Translations under genes and position numbers: made by a program | The notes under the pieces: model-generated | Seen by the model: the letters and a program-made list of their open reading frames with translations, nothing else | Database searches by the model: none | What the model was told of the DNA's origin: nothing | Assembly (NCBI GenBank): GCA_951406725.2 | Contig: OX597814.1 | Coordinates: 110,484,001 to 110,548,000, forward strand | DNA: 64,000 nt | From: Octopus vulgaris | Taxonomy: Eukaryota | Direction of reading: 5' to 3' | Part shown: one piece after another, positions 26,801 through 38,780 of the stretch | Layout of the letters: every line of letters starts with the position of its first letter | Position numbering within the stretch: position 1 is the stretch's first letter

Positions 26801-29800
26801 GCACATTGACCTGATTTGCAAGACGCTAAACGAATACGAAGTGGTGACAGGAGCAAAAATTAACGTGGAAAAGTCCGTGGGCTTGCAACAAGGCACCTGG
26901 AGAGGCAAATCCAACAGCGTCGTAGAGCGCTGGACAGACGGACCTGTTAAATTGCTCGGGGTCTGGTTCAGTCCAGACCTCCAGGTGGATAAAAACTGGG
27001 AAGAAGTGACGAGCAGAGTGGCCAATCTCACCCAGAAATGGACCGAGAGGAAGCTGTCCCTGAAAGGTCAAGCAGAGGTGGGGGAATGCATACATCACAT
27101 CCGTCATCTATTACCGCTTGACCATCGTCCCTTGTCCCGACCGCTGGTTGGCCAAGCTGGTACGCCTGCTCTTCGACTTTTTGTGGAAGGGTCAGGTGCC
27201 ACTGTTCAGGCGATCCATCTGCTGTCAACAACCGCTAAACGGAGGCCTTGGCATGCCGTGGTTACTGATGCACAGACATGCACTCAGGCTACAACATCTC
27301 AAGCGTTTCCCAGACGGTGAACAGGTGTGGTCGTCCTTTGTCAGACACGACCTTCCACAGCTCATCTCTTTGACAGAGCTGCAGACCTGGATCAAACGTA
27401 GACCGAGAAAGGGCGCTTGGCACCTCGAGTGCCATCAAGCTCTCTCCGCCCTCTGCCAGGCAGGCAATGCGATCAGTTTTAGTTCCACTCTAGCTTTCTA
27501 TAGAGTGTTAGTGGAGGAAAAATGCGATGACGTTCACGGGGAAACTATAGGCGTTGATGATAACGAACTGAGCAGTCTATTTGGGAGAACTTTCGGGCCG
27601 GGGCCAATGGATAATTTCCAAAGGTCCCTCGCCTGGCAGTGCTACTGAGGAGCTCTGCCTGTTCGAGATAAACTCTACCGGCACGGAAGTGCCAGACCTG
27701 CCAGAGGTGTTGCCAGGACGACGAAACCGTTCTGCATGCACTCGTCCAGTGCCCGAGTATTGCTGAACTATGGGTTTATGTCGAACAGCTACTGTCACGT
27801 GTAGGACGGATCCGGCTATCAGCTGAATCCATAGTGAAGATTGCCCCGCCGACCTCCTTTAACAAGGAGGGCAAGACCGTTTTCCTGTGCCTAGTGGCTG
27901 TGGCGAAAGTGGTTGTATGGTGGAGCCGTTTGAAAGGGCTAAAGTCAGACACTTTCCTCTTTGGTCAAGGCCTCATCAACTTTTTCAAGTTTCACTTGAA
28001 AAGGAAGATGAGGTTAGAGAGGAGAGTGCTGTCTGATAGCAAGTTTTCTGAAAGGTGAGTGAATTGTGCAAGAATGGCCAGTATAAATGGACCAATTCTG
28101 AGGTTTCGCCTGTAATTGAAAAAGGTATTATAAAAGGAGAAAGGGGCTCTCTACCCCTTTGACCAGGCTCCCGTGGCTTTTATGGGTTTTTCCACGTGAG
28201 ACCTTTTCTTTTTTCGAAGTGTCTCCTCTATTGGGAGTTTTTCGTTGTTAAAATTTTTGATTGTTAAACTGCTGTTTACTGGGGTTTTTTTTTCACAAAC
28301 GGACAAAACCTTTTGTAACCTTTCGTCCTGTTTTGTCCCTTTGTTTTCCAATCATATTTGTCAGCCCTTGTGGCCAATAAAAGAATTAATTATTATTATT
28401 ATTATTCAGGTCACTGCCTGGAATCAAACTCAGAATCTTGGGGTTAGTAGCCTACACTCTTAACCACTACGCCATAATAATGTAATTAATGTACATAATT
28501 CCCCAACTTTTAAATATAGAAATGCATGATTAATTCAAAACAAAGTGAATAAATAAAGATTACATGAGAAAGGCCACTGATGTTAGGAAGGCCATCTAGC
28601 CATAGAAACCACGTCACAACGGACAATTGGAGTCTGGACAGCTCCCTGCTAACCAACTCCATATCAAACCATCCAACCCCTGCCAGCATGGAAAGCAGAC
28701 ATTAAGCAATGATGATGATTTGACAGAGCAATCTAAATACAAAGCATTTGTATCATAGAACCAAGGGTGGATTCACACAGATTAGTATGAAAAGGGTCAA
28801 ACTTTGTTTAGTTCGTTTCCTCTCTCGCTGTGAGTATTTGATGTTGGTTTAGTCTAAAGTTTCAGTACAAGGGAAGTCAGCATTTTTTTAATTAATTTTT
28901 GTCAATATTTCTACCCATGCCCTACCCTAAAACTTTGCAGCCTGACAGTATCAAGGTTTCTATTTTTAACCATCAAAGAAACAAACCATTCCAATGCAGA
29001 AGGGATGGGAGGAAGCTCTCCATAGCTTAATCGACCAGTTAAAAAAAAGCAGCCAATTCTATCTCAAACAGTATAATTAATTGTCTTCAGAAAAAAAAAT
29101 CTGGGGTACATAATGCATGAAAATCTATGGAAAAGTCATTGCTGAATGTCTTTAATGAAAAGTTTGTTCAATCAGAACTGACCTGGGGCTAAACAACTTT
29201 TTTTTTTCTTTACTACCCACAAGGGGCTAAACACAGAGGGGACAAACAAGGACAGACAAATGCATTAAGTCGATTACATCGACCCCAGTGCGTAACTGGT
29301 ACTTAATTCATCGACCCCGAAAGGATGAAAGGCAAAATTGACCTCAGCGGAATTTGAACTAATTTTGTATGTGAAATCATGGTTCAACCCTTTTGCATTC
29401 AGATTTCTCAGTCACGTGTAGAGAATATTTATTGTCATGGTTTTGAATTAAATACGCATCATCCCATAGCTTTGAGAGTTCAATAACATTATTGCTGCAT
29501 TCATAGAATAACATTGTAGGATAGGTGTGAGAGATCAGATGTGGTTGGTTTGAACATAAAACAGATAAAATATTCATGTTACGCATGGCTAGTTCAAATG
29601 TGAAGATTTAAATTCACGTTCAGAATAAAACCTTTTATAAAAACTTGTCTAACTTTTCTAGATTTATTTCTTTACATCCATTCTAACTTTTTCAAGTCAA
29701 CAATAGGTGAGAGAGTGTTCGCAAATCTTCATATTTGCATAGTGTTGGTGCAGTTATTTTTACCTTCCTGAATGCTCATTCTGATCATAATCAGCTACTG

Positions 29801-32800
29801 AGAGTGGTACATCTTATCTAACAAGCAGACTGAGGTGGTCTTGCCTAGAGATAACACTATGGTCATAATGTTTCAACTCAACATTATCTAATTATAAAGC
29901 ACCATTCGAGCGTGGTCATTGCCAGTGCCGCCTGACTGGCGTCCGTGCTGGTGGCACATAAAATCACCATTCAAACATGGTTGATGCTAGTACTGCCTGA
30001 TTGGCATGTAAAAAGCACCCACTACACTCTTGGAGTGGTTGGCATTGGAAGGGCATCCAGCTGTAGAAACCTTCTCAGATCAGATTGGAGCTTGGTACAA
30101 CTTTCTGGGTTGCCAGTCCTTAGTCAAAACGTCCAATCCATGCCAGACGATGATGATATCAAACACTATAACCAGTCTCTGTACCCCATTTTCAATAAGA
30201 AAATCTACATCACAAGCGTGGCTGTATAGTTAAGTAAGTCGTTTTCCAACACTGGTTTCAGGCTTAGTCCTACTGTATTGCAATGTGCACAAATGCCTAC
30301 TATAACCGCAGGGTGATCAAAGCCCCCCACACACACGAGTGTCCACCCTTATTCTAACATTATATAATTGTTCTAAGTAAGCATCACCATCAAACAGTGT
30401 CATTTGTTTCCAGTCTTACAGGAAAACATGCCTGGTGGAGGGGGAATATTAACTTGCTTGGAAACAGGTGAGAGTTAGCAACAGGAAAGGCATCTGGCTG
30501 TAAAAAATATGCCACAACAGATAGCATCTGATCCATGCAAGCATAGAAAAGTAGATGTTAAAATGATGAATTACACAAAAGGATCGCATGTATCAGCAAA
30601 ATGAATGCAGGTATATATCAAACAAAAAATAACATTGTTCATTTGAAATAAGAACAACATAAGTAATAAAATCATCTCTAAAATAGGTGCTTAGATTACA
30701 TGCACATTTTTTTTTTTTACTACATCCTAAAAAGTTTTTCAAAAAGCACCCATGCTGGTGCTACGTAATGAACACCTGTGCCGGCGCCATGCAAGAGGAA
30801 ACCGTGCCGGCGCCACGCAAGAGGAAACCGTGCCGGTGTCACATAAAAAGCACCCAGTACACTCTGTAAAGTGGTTGGTGTTAGGAAGAGCACCTAGCGA
30901 TAGGAACCAACCAAAACAGACAATTGGAGCATAATGCAGCTCTCTGGCTTGCCAGCACCTGTCAAGCCATCCAACCCATGCCAGCTTGGAAGACAAATAT
31001 TGAATAATGATAATTTAAAAACTACTTATTTCCACCATTTTACATTCATTTTTGCAAGCGACTACAGCTGAACAAGTCTTCCCACTTTAGCCTTGCACCA
31101 CCTACTGCTGCTGTCTTTTGTGATTTCTTTGATGAGGTTCAATGTTCTAAGATTATGCCTCACTTTTTCTTCCTCAAACTCCTGCTGGAATGCTGAATAT
31201 TTCTTCACCAAACTCATCCCCAATATGCATCACATATCTATACTTGTAGTCTTATTTTGCACTTAACCCTTTCGTTACCAAACCGCCCAAAGCCGCCCGA
31301 AAAAAATTTTGGTTAATGTGACCAAACCGCCCGAATTTACCTATTCATATTTAAATGAGAATATCAGAGCAAATCTCTTTAGTACATTCGTAAAAACACG
31401 TGATTATGCTTCGTAAACAGTTCATCTACAGTTTTGTACAAAGATCGACGTGTAATTTTAATTCCCTGAATTTTGGGAGATTTTTTTCCACATTTTTTTC
31501 GGCATCGATTTTTCTTCAACTTTGAAAATAGATAGGAGTTTCATGTTCTCAAGCATTGATTCCGAATTGGAAAATTTGTGAAACAAATACTGGGTACTGT
31601 TGTGGATTTAGTTTTTATACAGGGAAACTAATGTTAGTCAGCATGTCTTAGGGTATGATGTGGTCTGGAAGTTATTGTTTGAAGCGATCAATGTGGAAAC
31701 AAACTTACGCAGAAAGTAAACAAACACAAAATGGGGGTTCAAATTTCGGAAAATTTGTGAAGCAAATACTGGGTACTGCGTGGATTTAGTTTTTATACAG
31801 GGAAAAATAATGTTAGTCAGCATGGCCTAGGGAACGATGTGGTCTGGAATTTATCACTTCCATACCATAACCAGGGCCGTATATTATTTTTTGACCGATT
31901 TCTTTAGTTCGGTCAAACTTACGGTGGATTCCAATTTTTCAGTTTATTCCACCTTTATAGTACACCTGTTGTGCATTAAATTCAACTGATGATATAGTGA
32001 TGTGCACAATTCTTCTTTATCAAAATTTTGTTGCATACCCATTTGAATATTAGCTCATGATTCATTTTCTATGGTTATGTTTAAACAAAATTTTAATATT
32101 TTTACCTTTTGCTCAATTTACCTGTAATTAAAGTCACTTTGAGACAAAAGTTATGCAATAGAATTGATTAAGAACCCTTTCTTTAATTATGTTCCAAATA
32201 TCACATTAATTATGTTGATAAGTAAAAAAGTACAGTTATTTAATGAACAAGCCTAGATTCATGATTATTTTAGAATTTAATTGAAACTCATGAGGGGTGT
32301 ATTTTGGTCAGAAATATAGTAAAGAAAGGGTTAATACCCAATTCCTCTTAACCCCTTAGTGTTTAAACCAGCCATACATAGCCCAAACATTGTACCTGTT
32401 TTATGTTGAAACTGGCGAGATCTAGCCTCTCAAACCTACCCTACAATGCCGTTCTAAAAATGAACATTCATCATCATCATCGTTTAATATCCGCTTTCCA
32501 TGCTAGCATGGGTTGGACGATTTTGACTGAGGGCTGGCGAACCAGATGGCTGCACCAGGCTCCAATCTTGATCTAGCAGAGTTTCTACAGCTGGATGCCC
32601 TTCCTAACGCCAACCAATCCGCGAGTTTAGTGGGTGCTTTTACGTGCCAAAATTTCAAAGCTACAAGATAAAGCAGGATTAATTCCAAACAATGTGAATA
32701 AAGAACCATTATATTTGACAGAGTAATCTAAATGCTACAAGATTAAACAGTTCTTTCCCTTTCAGCTCACCTGTGCACTGTGGTTTATGTATGCTAACAT

Positions 32801-33618
32801 TACATATCCAGTGGAACCTGTTTGCCTTATTTGAACGAGACAACTGGGTACAACTGTTCGGAAGCTGATGATTTGTCATGGCTGATTGGGCATTTAGCCT
32901 GTTTAGGTGATAGTACCTTTTGGTGATGAAGGTAAGCACATGCATAGAAATATACACATACCTTGTGATAGTCTTTCAGAATATAATAAAGTTGACTTGT
33001 GTTCAAGTCAATATTTATTTACATACATAATACACTATATTCATCTCTTTTTCTCTGTCTCCCTACCAGGTATTCAGTTCTACTGCATGGCACCTTAGGC
33101 AAGTGTCTTCTACTATAGCTCTGAGCTGACCAAACCCTTATAAATGGAATTGATTGAAAGAAAGTGAATGAAGCCCATCTTACATGTGTGTTTGTCTCCC
33201 TGTGCTGACATCATATGATGGCTGTCAGCAAGTGTCACCATCACACAAGCTGTGTCATTCGTTTCCAGCCTTCTGTGGAAACATGTTCTGCCAAGAGGAA
33301 GTATAATCTCACTCAGAAATAGGTGAGGCATGACGACAGGAAAGGCATCCGACCAAAGAAAATTTGCTTCAACAAATTCCGTCTCACACATGCAAGCATG
33401 GAAAACAAACAAAATTACGATTCCATTACCATTTGGTGTACTATGGTGCAGATTTAAAAAAAACTGCTTGTGAACAGTTTACACAGTACTATGTCCATGT
33501 AGCTACCTGGAATTAATAAAGCTTTCTGATTCAATATAACTTTTTAAAAAATTAATAAAACTAAGTATTTTCAAACCCCTGTTTGACGTTCTCAAAATGC
33601 ACTTTTGTTGTTTTTATG

Positions 33619-33672
<54 letters not shown>

Positions 33673-35912
33673 CAACACTGATTAGGCTCCATTTCACATC
33701 TTTTTCTAAGACAATGTTAACAAAAATTATTAAAATGAAAGAAAAAATAAAACACATACCTGCAAGTACTCGTCCTTCACCAGAGACCTACAAAAAAATT
33801 TTTTATAATTTTTTTTTTAATGTAAGTCTTAGATACAATATATAAATAACTAATAATTACATACTTGGAACAAACATGTCTTAATGACTTGAGCCTTTTT
33901 TTAAAAATTGAGATGAAAAGAAAAATCTTAAAAAATTTATATTGATAGGATTAGCGAAAATTTCTGGTTAATTTAAATGTTTCCAAACTTTTATAAAGTG
34001 TCAGTTAACAGAAAGTTGTTATTCTAACCGCTCGATTTTTAACTAATATATTAAAAAGATTAATATTTATCTTGTCTTCAGTAAAGCTAATGTATCATCT
34101 AGCTGTGGAGTGAAGATACAATTGGCGTAATTATTTGAAAATCGAACATAAAAATAAGCATCAATGCCTGTAATAATATTTAAACAGTGAAAGGGATCAA
34201 TATTATGGATTGAAAAAGTTATTCACTACTTCCTAATCTCTTGTGCACACAAAGCAGATACAATATATTTCAAGAATTTATGATGAATTTTTAACTTATC
34301 ATCTATTTGCTAATTCCTAAAGCAGTTTCAGAAAATGAAACCTAATACAGAAATAAATGGTATAATACAAGCAAAGAATCAATGACAGTTGAGCAGTGGA
34401 GCGGCATGTCAATATTATGAATTAAATATAAAGAAATACAACTATAAAATATATTTTGTTATCAGGTTTTAATTTTTAACATTACAAATTTGAGTGCCTT
34501 TTTCTTTTCCAAGAATGACATTAGAGTAATTTATATTTGATACAAGAAATATATAAAAGAAATTTATTAAATTATTAAATTCTTACTAAATTAACGAGTA
34601 AAACAAAAAGGAAGACATGTCGTCAAATATGTAATTTAATAAGTTAATGTAATAATCAAAAGACATTCAAATATTCATTGCATTAGATGTGTAAAATGGC
34701 ATTTTTAGGATACTGAGAGCGAGAAAATTCATATTATATAAATGGTCCACAATTTATTAGGGATTTTCATTGACATAAAAATGGCTAAACATTCGAAATA
34801 AATAATAAAAGTATCTAAAATTAAAAGGAAAATAACGTTCTATGCCAGGCGATCTTTAAAACATGATGAAGCAAACGATATATATATATATGTATGTATG
34901 TATATGATTGTCACTCATGATGAGGCGAATGCTGAGGCTACTGTTGTAAAATAGACAATGACATGATTGCTTAATGGGAGACAGAAAATTTCACTAGGTC
35001 AGACACATTTAAGTCCACCACCAAAACCCCTATTTTTTTTTTGAAGAGCACTTCAGTTAATGCAGCAGGGGAAAGAAGTAAAACAAGATAGGAGAAAAGG
35101 GGGTCGGAGTACAATAGAGATTTCTCAACAAAGCGCGCACACAAATTTGATTGGATTTGACAAAACATGCATAAATGCCGGTATACGCTTTGTATATGAT
35201 TTACGAATATAAATAACAAGATGTATTTAATAGCGTGTGTAAACATATACACTCGTTTAATATATACATATTCTATTTTAATATAAATATACCGGCTGAA
35301 ATAGATTCGAGTGTGATGAGGGCTGAGAGTGGTAGTAGCAGCAGCTGTCGGTCCGGTATGAATGAGCCATAGAGAATAATGTAGCGAGTATGAGCACACG
35401 CCAAGCTCACGTCATTCATTCATTTAGTCGAAGCTACAGACAAAAACCAACAAGCCATAAACCAATATATATAACTATTCATCATAAATAAGGAATTAAA
35501 TAAAAGGTTAAACTACATTTAGAAAGAAAAACGAGATAAATTAGAATGAACTCTTAAAGAAACAAACCGTTAACAGTAGAGGCTATACTGAGCTAGGCAT
35601 AGGCGGTTCATATTGGCGAGATACAACCTATTTTTATATACAAATAAGCAAAAATAAAACAAGGAAATTCAAAATAGCAAAAGTCAATACAGAAGACGTT
35701 TTGACAGCCATTACATCGTGCAACACAACCTGACAGCGAAGACCATTTTTCCTACATGTGGCTTGTCAACTTACTTTAAATCTGTAAATTGGCCGTGTAG
35801 CATTAGAGTACCCGGCTAGCATTATTGCTATCTTTTCCATAGATCCATGAAGATTTGTACCCTCTCTGTACATTTGTACAGAGACATCTAGAAGATAAAG
35901 GCGAGAGTTCAT
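5706..35912 (-). CDS. Uncharacterised 216-aa protein with two tandem muconolactone-isomerase-like (dimeric alpha/beta barrel) domains; 5 exons
   Basis: Exons 35912-35775, 33787-33760, 15180-14968, 6997-6882 and 5861-5706 join in frame (651 nt, phases 0/1/1/0) from ATG to TAG. Internal repeat: LYLLDV..YRFKVSGEGRVLAVFEV..VNVVCTPLRTY versus LYWLEC..IYKVVAEQKFHLFLAVE..VKIHCRALQVL. The family call is from recalled motif resemblance, not a search. Confidence 0.8.
6882..6997 (-). CDS. MIase-like gene exon 4 (DTVNETLEKWKDG...IYKVVAEQK)
   Basis: tttcag acceptor; weak donor AAG|GTGGAG; in frame with both neighbours. Confidence 0.8.
7190..7447 (+). mobile_element. RTE LINE 3' tail (5'-truncated copy)
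   Basis: GGCGTTAGGAAGGGCATCCAGC..CCAACCCATGCTAGCATGGAAAG..(GAT)n. Confidence 0.85.
8378..8815 (-). mobile_element. RTE LINE 3' tail with an array of ~50-60-bp UTR modules
   Basis: (CAT)n then the tail, plus repeated GGTGCTTTTTACGTGCCAC..GCCAGTCAGGC units. Confidence 0.8.
9615..9932 (+). repeat. G-rich minisatellite, ~18-nt unit GGTGGTATTGGTGGTGGG
   Basis: Directly visible; it produces the low-complexity ORFs in all frames. Confidence 0.95.
11958..12612 (-). mobile_element. RTE LINE 3' fragment
   Basis: Same tail and UTR modules, extending into the GGGTCTTC..AAGCACAGCAT region also seen at 46560-46780. Confidence 0.8.
14968..15180 (-). CDS. MIase-like gene exon 3 (FEVNNILGLERTVAGLW...LYWLECLGNPG)
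   Basis: tttcctttcag acceptor, GTAAGT donor, open frame. Confidence 0.87.
15297..16529 (-). mobile_element. Internally deleted Helitron carrying a Rep/Helicase fragment
   Basis: 5' TCTCTTCTATATATATAAAAGGCAG and 3' GCCCGGGC..CTAG. 15854-15492 translates GRYLSSNEAFWHIYGFPLHQRHPAVVQLAVHLENGQWIYF..TTLTGFFKLCQRDDFA*TLLYPQVP..LGRVY, a conserved Helitron RepHel segment. Confidence 0.9.
17386..18275. mobile_element. Cluster of tRNA-derived SINEs (GGCGGTGAGCTGGCAGAA family) in both orientations
   Basis: Copies at ~17386-17600 (+), 17697-17930 (-) and 18085-18275 (+), with a GTTCAAATT B-box and GGGGTCGAT core. Confidence 0.8.
18798..19244. mobile_element. Two adjacent piggyBac-type MITEs
   Basis: TIRs CCCTTTCGTTAC...GTAACGAAAGGG; copies at 18798-18992 and 19024-19244. 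Confidence 0.7.
21296..21520 (-). mobile_element. tRNA-derived SINE with a Tx1-like 3' tail
   Basis: Tail AGCCCCTTGTGGGTAGTAAAGAAATAG; same family at 17697-17930 and 29203-29360. Confidence 0.8.
21923..22650. mobile_element. hAT-like MITE interrupted by an RTE tail (~22120-22584)
   Basis: Homologous to the uninterrupted copy at ~19251-19495 (CAGTGGTTCTCAA-type ends). Confidence 0.6.
24297..28400 (+). mobile_element. 5'-truncated, decayed Tx1/L1-clade LINE (C-terminal part of ORF1 plus ORF2)
   Basis: ORF1 remnant ends at 24724. ORF2 has an APE endonuclease (LNVRG, ISET, GDWN, YLDR), RT (NFRPITLLNAELKIL, LDQSKAFDRVDH, YADD) and a C-terminal CPRC..H..C zinc motif. It ends with AATAAA and a (TTA)n tract. 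Confidence 0.95.
24761..28115 (+). pseudogene. Tx1 ORF2 (APE endonuclease / reverse transcriptase) broken by multiple frameshifts and stops
   Basis: Successive ORF-track fragments (24837, 25397, 25829, 26227, 26597, 26754, 27118, 27834) give collinear ORF2 motifs in shifting frames. Confidence 0.92.
31267..32330. mobile_element. Non-autonomous piggyBac-type DNA transposon
   Basis: TTAA|CCCTTTCGTTAC ... GTAAAGAAAGGG|TTAA (TIRs plus TTAA target duplication); internal direct repeat at ~31565-31670 and 31743-31850. Confidence 0.8.
33760..33787 (-). CDS. MIase-like gene micro-exon 2 (VSGEGRVLA)
   Basis: 28 nt between ttttttgtag and gtatgt; it supplies the phase needed to join exons 1 and 3. Confidence 0.8.
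35775..35912 (-). CDS. MIase-like gene coding exon 1 (MNSRLYLLDVSVQ...PIYRFK)
   Basis: ATG at 35912, 46 open codons, GTAAGT donor. Confidence 0.78.
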
Positions 35913-37219
35913 TGTAGCGGACGGAGGCCGATATATAAGATATATGCCACAGCTACCCGCGCTCTAAAACGGTGACAAACAACAAACGTCTCTCGTGCAA
36001 ACAATTCCGTTGAATCGGTTTCGCTTTTCGTAAACACATCGATTTCAACTACAAAAATTTCTTCGTAATCAGACACTATATATATATTTATATATGTGTA
36101 GTTTCTTTTAAATAAATATAGTATTTGAAATACAATATGAAGTTTAGTTTAAAAAGTCTCTTAGTATAACTATTAAAACAACTAGAAAAAAGGAAGGGAC
36201 CCAATATACACCTAATGTTAATTTGTTAATGTTCTCAACTTTTGTTTATTCAATTCTAATTTTTTCTTGCATTCCTTGTATCGAACAAACTGCAAGAAGC
36301 TGAGGAGTCTTTATAACTACCTTGAATAAATATTTCCAATTAACGATTGTCTATAGCATTTATACTACAAGGGGTTGTATGAATTCAATAATTGCCTTGA
36401 AAACCCTCGTATAAAATATTTAAACTGACGGTTTTCCGCTCGCTCTATTTTTTTTTTTTTTTTTTTGAAGATTGGAACGTTTAGAAAAACCCAGTAAATT
36501 TTCGTTCTGTCCCTTCCTAGTAAGATTTTATATTCTCCTAGCAAATGATCCAGCAATATTGATCTGAGAAATGACCAGAGCCGTTGTTAGTGTGATAAAA
36601 GAAATCGGCTTTAGATAGCTCTTGATTTTAGCATGAACACGGAAACAGTAATAATGTCATTACACAGGAATATTATAGTCGAGTTTAAAAAGGAGAATCT
36701 TTATACGCACATACCCACGCATATTTGTGCGTCTAAGTCATATACTTACATAATCTTTCATTCGCCGATTTGGTTGCAAGAGTGACTACAATTTTTGTCG
36801 AGGTACTTATCAAACAATTTGGCAAGTATTTGAATTCTCGAACATCGAATTACTCTCATAGCAACCGCAGCCAATAAAAGATTATATAATGAATTCTTCT
36901 CTTTATGCCATTTGTTAAGCCAGATACACACACTCTCACATACAAGAGGGTGAGGTAGAAAGTAAAGCATTTCTATTTGCATTACTCACCTATGTATGTA
37001 TGTGTATGTGCACATACATGAATGCAGACATCTATACATACGGAAGACACATATACGCACATGTGAAATACATACACACACACATGCATACATCAATCAC
37101 TTGAAATAACCACAAGGCCCAAGAACTCTCTTTATTAAAGAAGAGAGCCTCGCCACTTCGTTTTAGTACCTAACTTAAATTCTACAAACTGGAGGAGGGG
37201 GATACTCGAATGTATCCTT

Positions 37220-37287
37220 ACATACACACGCACGCACGCACGCGCGCACATACATACATACATGCATGCATGCATGCATACATACAT

Positions 37288-37366
<79 letters not shown>
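37220..37366. repeat. (TACA)n/(CA)n microsatellite
   Basis: Direct reading. Confidence 0.95.
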
Positions 37367-37367
<1 letters not shown>

Positions 37368-37811
37368 GTGTATATACTGAATGTGAACTTTTGAGTCAGT
37401 GTTTTACAACCAGATACCTTTCTTGATGCCAGTTCTTTTAGTTTCTTCTTACAACAAACAGTGATACGATGTATCCAGCGCTGGATAAACCGTTAAGCAA
37501 AATAAGCACATGCTTAGGGCATCAAGGGAAGCGGCGGGAAGGAACCACAGAAATGGTAAATGCAATACAAAATAAATCACTTCAAACTTACAAAAATGAT
37601 ATTTGAAATGGTTTACTTGATCGGAAATATAATTTTGAAGTGATCATGGTGTCATAGCAAGGATCTGATCAAAGACTTTGCAATTAAAAATAGTAGAAAG
37701 CTGAAATATAAATGAAGTGGAAGTATACGAAAATAAACACTGTTTCCCATCTTACTGTTAGTTTTGTTCCATTTTGAAAAATAAAAATTTATTCTATGGT
37801 TTATTATTACT

Positions 37812-38026
37812 GTTTCTCTTTACTCTTTTACTTGTTTCAGTCACTTGACTGCGGCCATGCTGGAGCACCGCCTTTAGTCGAGCAAATCGACCCCAGGACT
37901 TATTCTTTGTAAGCCTAGTACTTATTCTATCGGTCTCTTTTGCCGAACCGCTAAGTTACGGGGACGTAAACACACCAGCATCGGTTGTCAAGCGATGTTG
38001 GGGGGACAAACACAGTCACACACACA

Positions 38027-38069
<43 letters not shown>

Positions 38070-38235
38070 GACGGGCTTCTTTCAGTTTCTGTCTACCAAA
38101 TCCACTCACAAGGCTTTGGTCGGCCCGAGGCTATAGTAAAAGACACTTGCCCAAGGTGCCACGCAATGGAATTGAACCCAGAACCATGTGGTTTGTAAGC
38201 AAGCTACTTATCACACAGTCACTCCTGCGCCTATT
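37812..38235 (-). mobile_element. Full-length tRNA-derived SINE with an internal (TA)n, inserted in an older DNA-transposon remnant (~37476-38290)
   Basis: A/B-box-like head, CACCTTGGGCAAGTGTCTT core, GCGGTGCTCCAGCATGGCCGCAGTC and a (GTAAAAGA)n tail; related copies at 41560-41905 and 61355-61645. Confidence 0.85.
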
Positions 38236-38309
38236 GTCTATATTTTGAATTTTAAGTGCTTAAGGCTTCTATGGATTTTAATTCAGCTCTTGATCTATCT
38301 AATTAAAAA

Positions 38310-38780
38310 TCTGAGATACAGAGTTACAAAGATATGCTTAATAAATATGTATTTTCCTTCTGTGCAAAGAGACTTATTGTTAAACCAGAGGAAATTTACA
38401 TCAGGAAGAACCTGCTTACATAAGAAGTGAAAAGGCACAGCACCCATGACTTCAGGAAACATTTTTTTCAATCTCAGAATCGTCAAAGCATGGAATAAAC
38501 TACTCTTGTCAGTTTTTATGACACTATAATCTTCAAACATTCCATAATTCCTGAAATGCACCTACACAACTCCCAATGAGCCCATTCCTCTTTGAGACTC
38601 TTTTAATGTTTACTTTTCTGCATTTTTGCATTTTATTCTATGTACTGTGTATGTACTTCTAGGTTTCACTGCTGTCTTTCTTTACTTGACTTATATGTCT
38701 GCTTTCCATCTCTTTTTAAAATTTTTTCCCCAGGAGTTGTATTGCACCTGAGTATTGTATACAATAAGCTCATTATGAGA
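38310..38780 (+). mobile_element. CR1-clade LINE 3' fragment
   Basis: Decayed HSTHDFRKHFF..RIVKAWNKL; tail similar to 5093-5310. Confidence 0.65.

Larger units (their letters stand above)
24158..28520 (-). mobile_element. Penelope-end/tRNA-SINE-like host element split by the Tx1 insertion, flanked by a 12-bp target-site duplication
   Basis: AATGCATGATTA at 24146-24157 and 28521-28532; host halves at 24158-24296 and ~28390-28520. Confidence 0.65.

Noticed and set aside
34861-34936. Possible C/D-box snoRNA (ATGATGA...CTGA) in intron 1
   Set aside because: The interior is a (TA)/(TATG) microsatellite, with no terminal stem or recognisable guide
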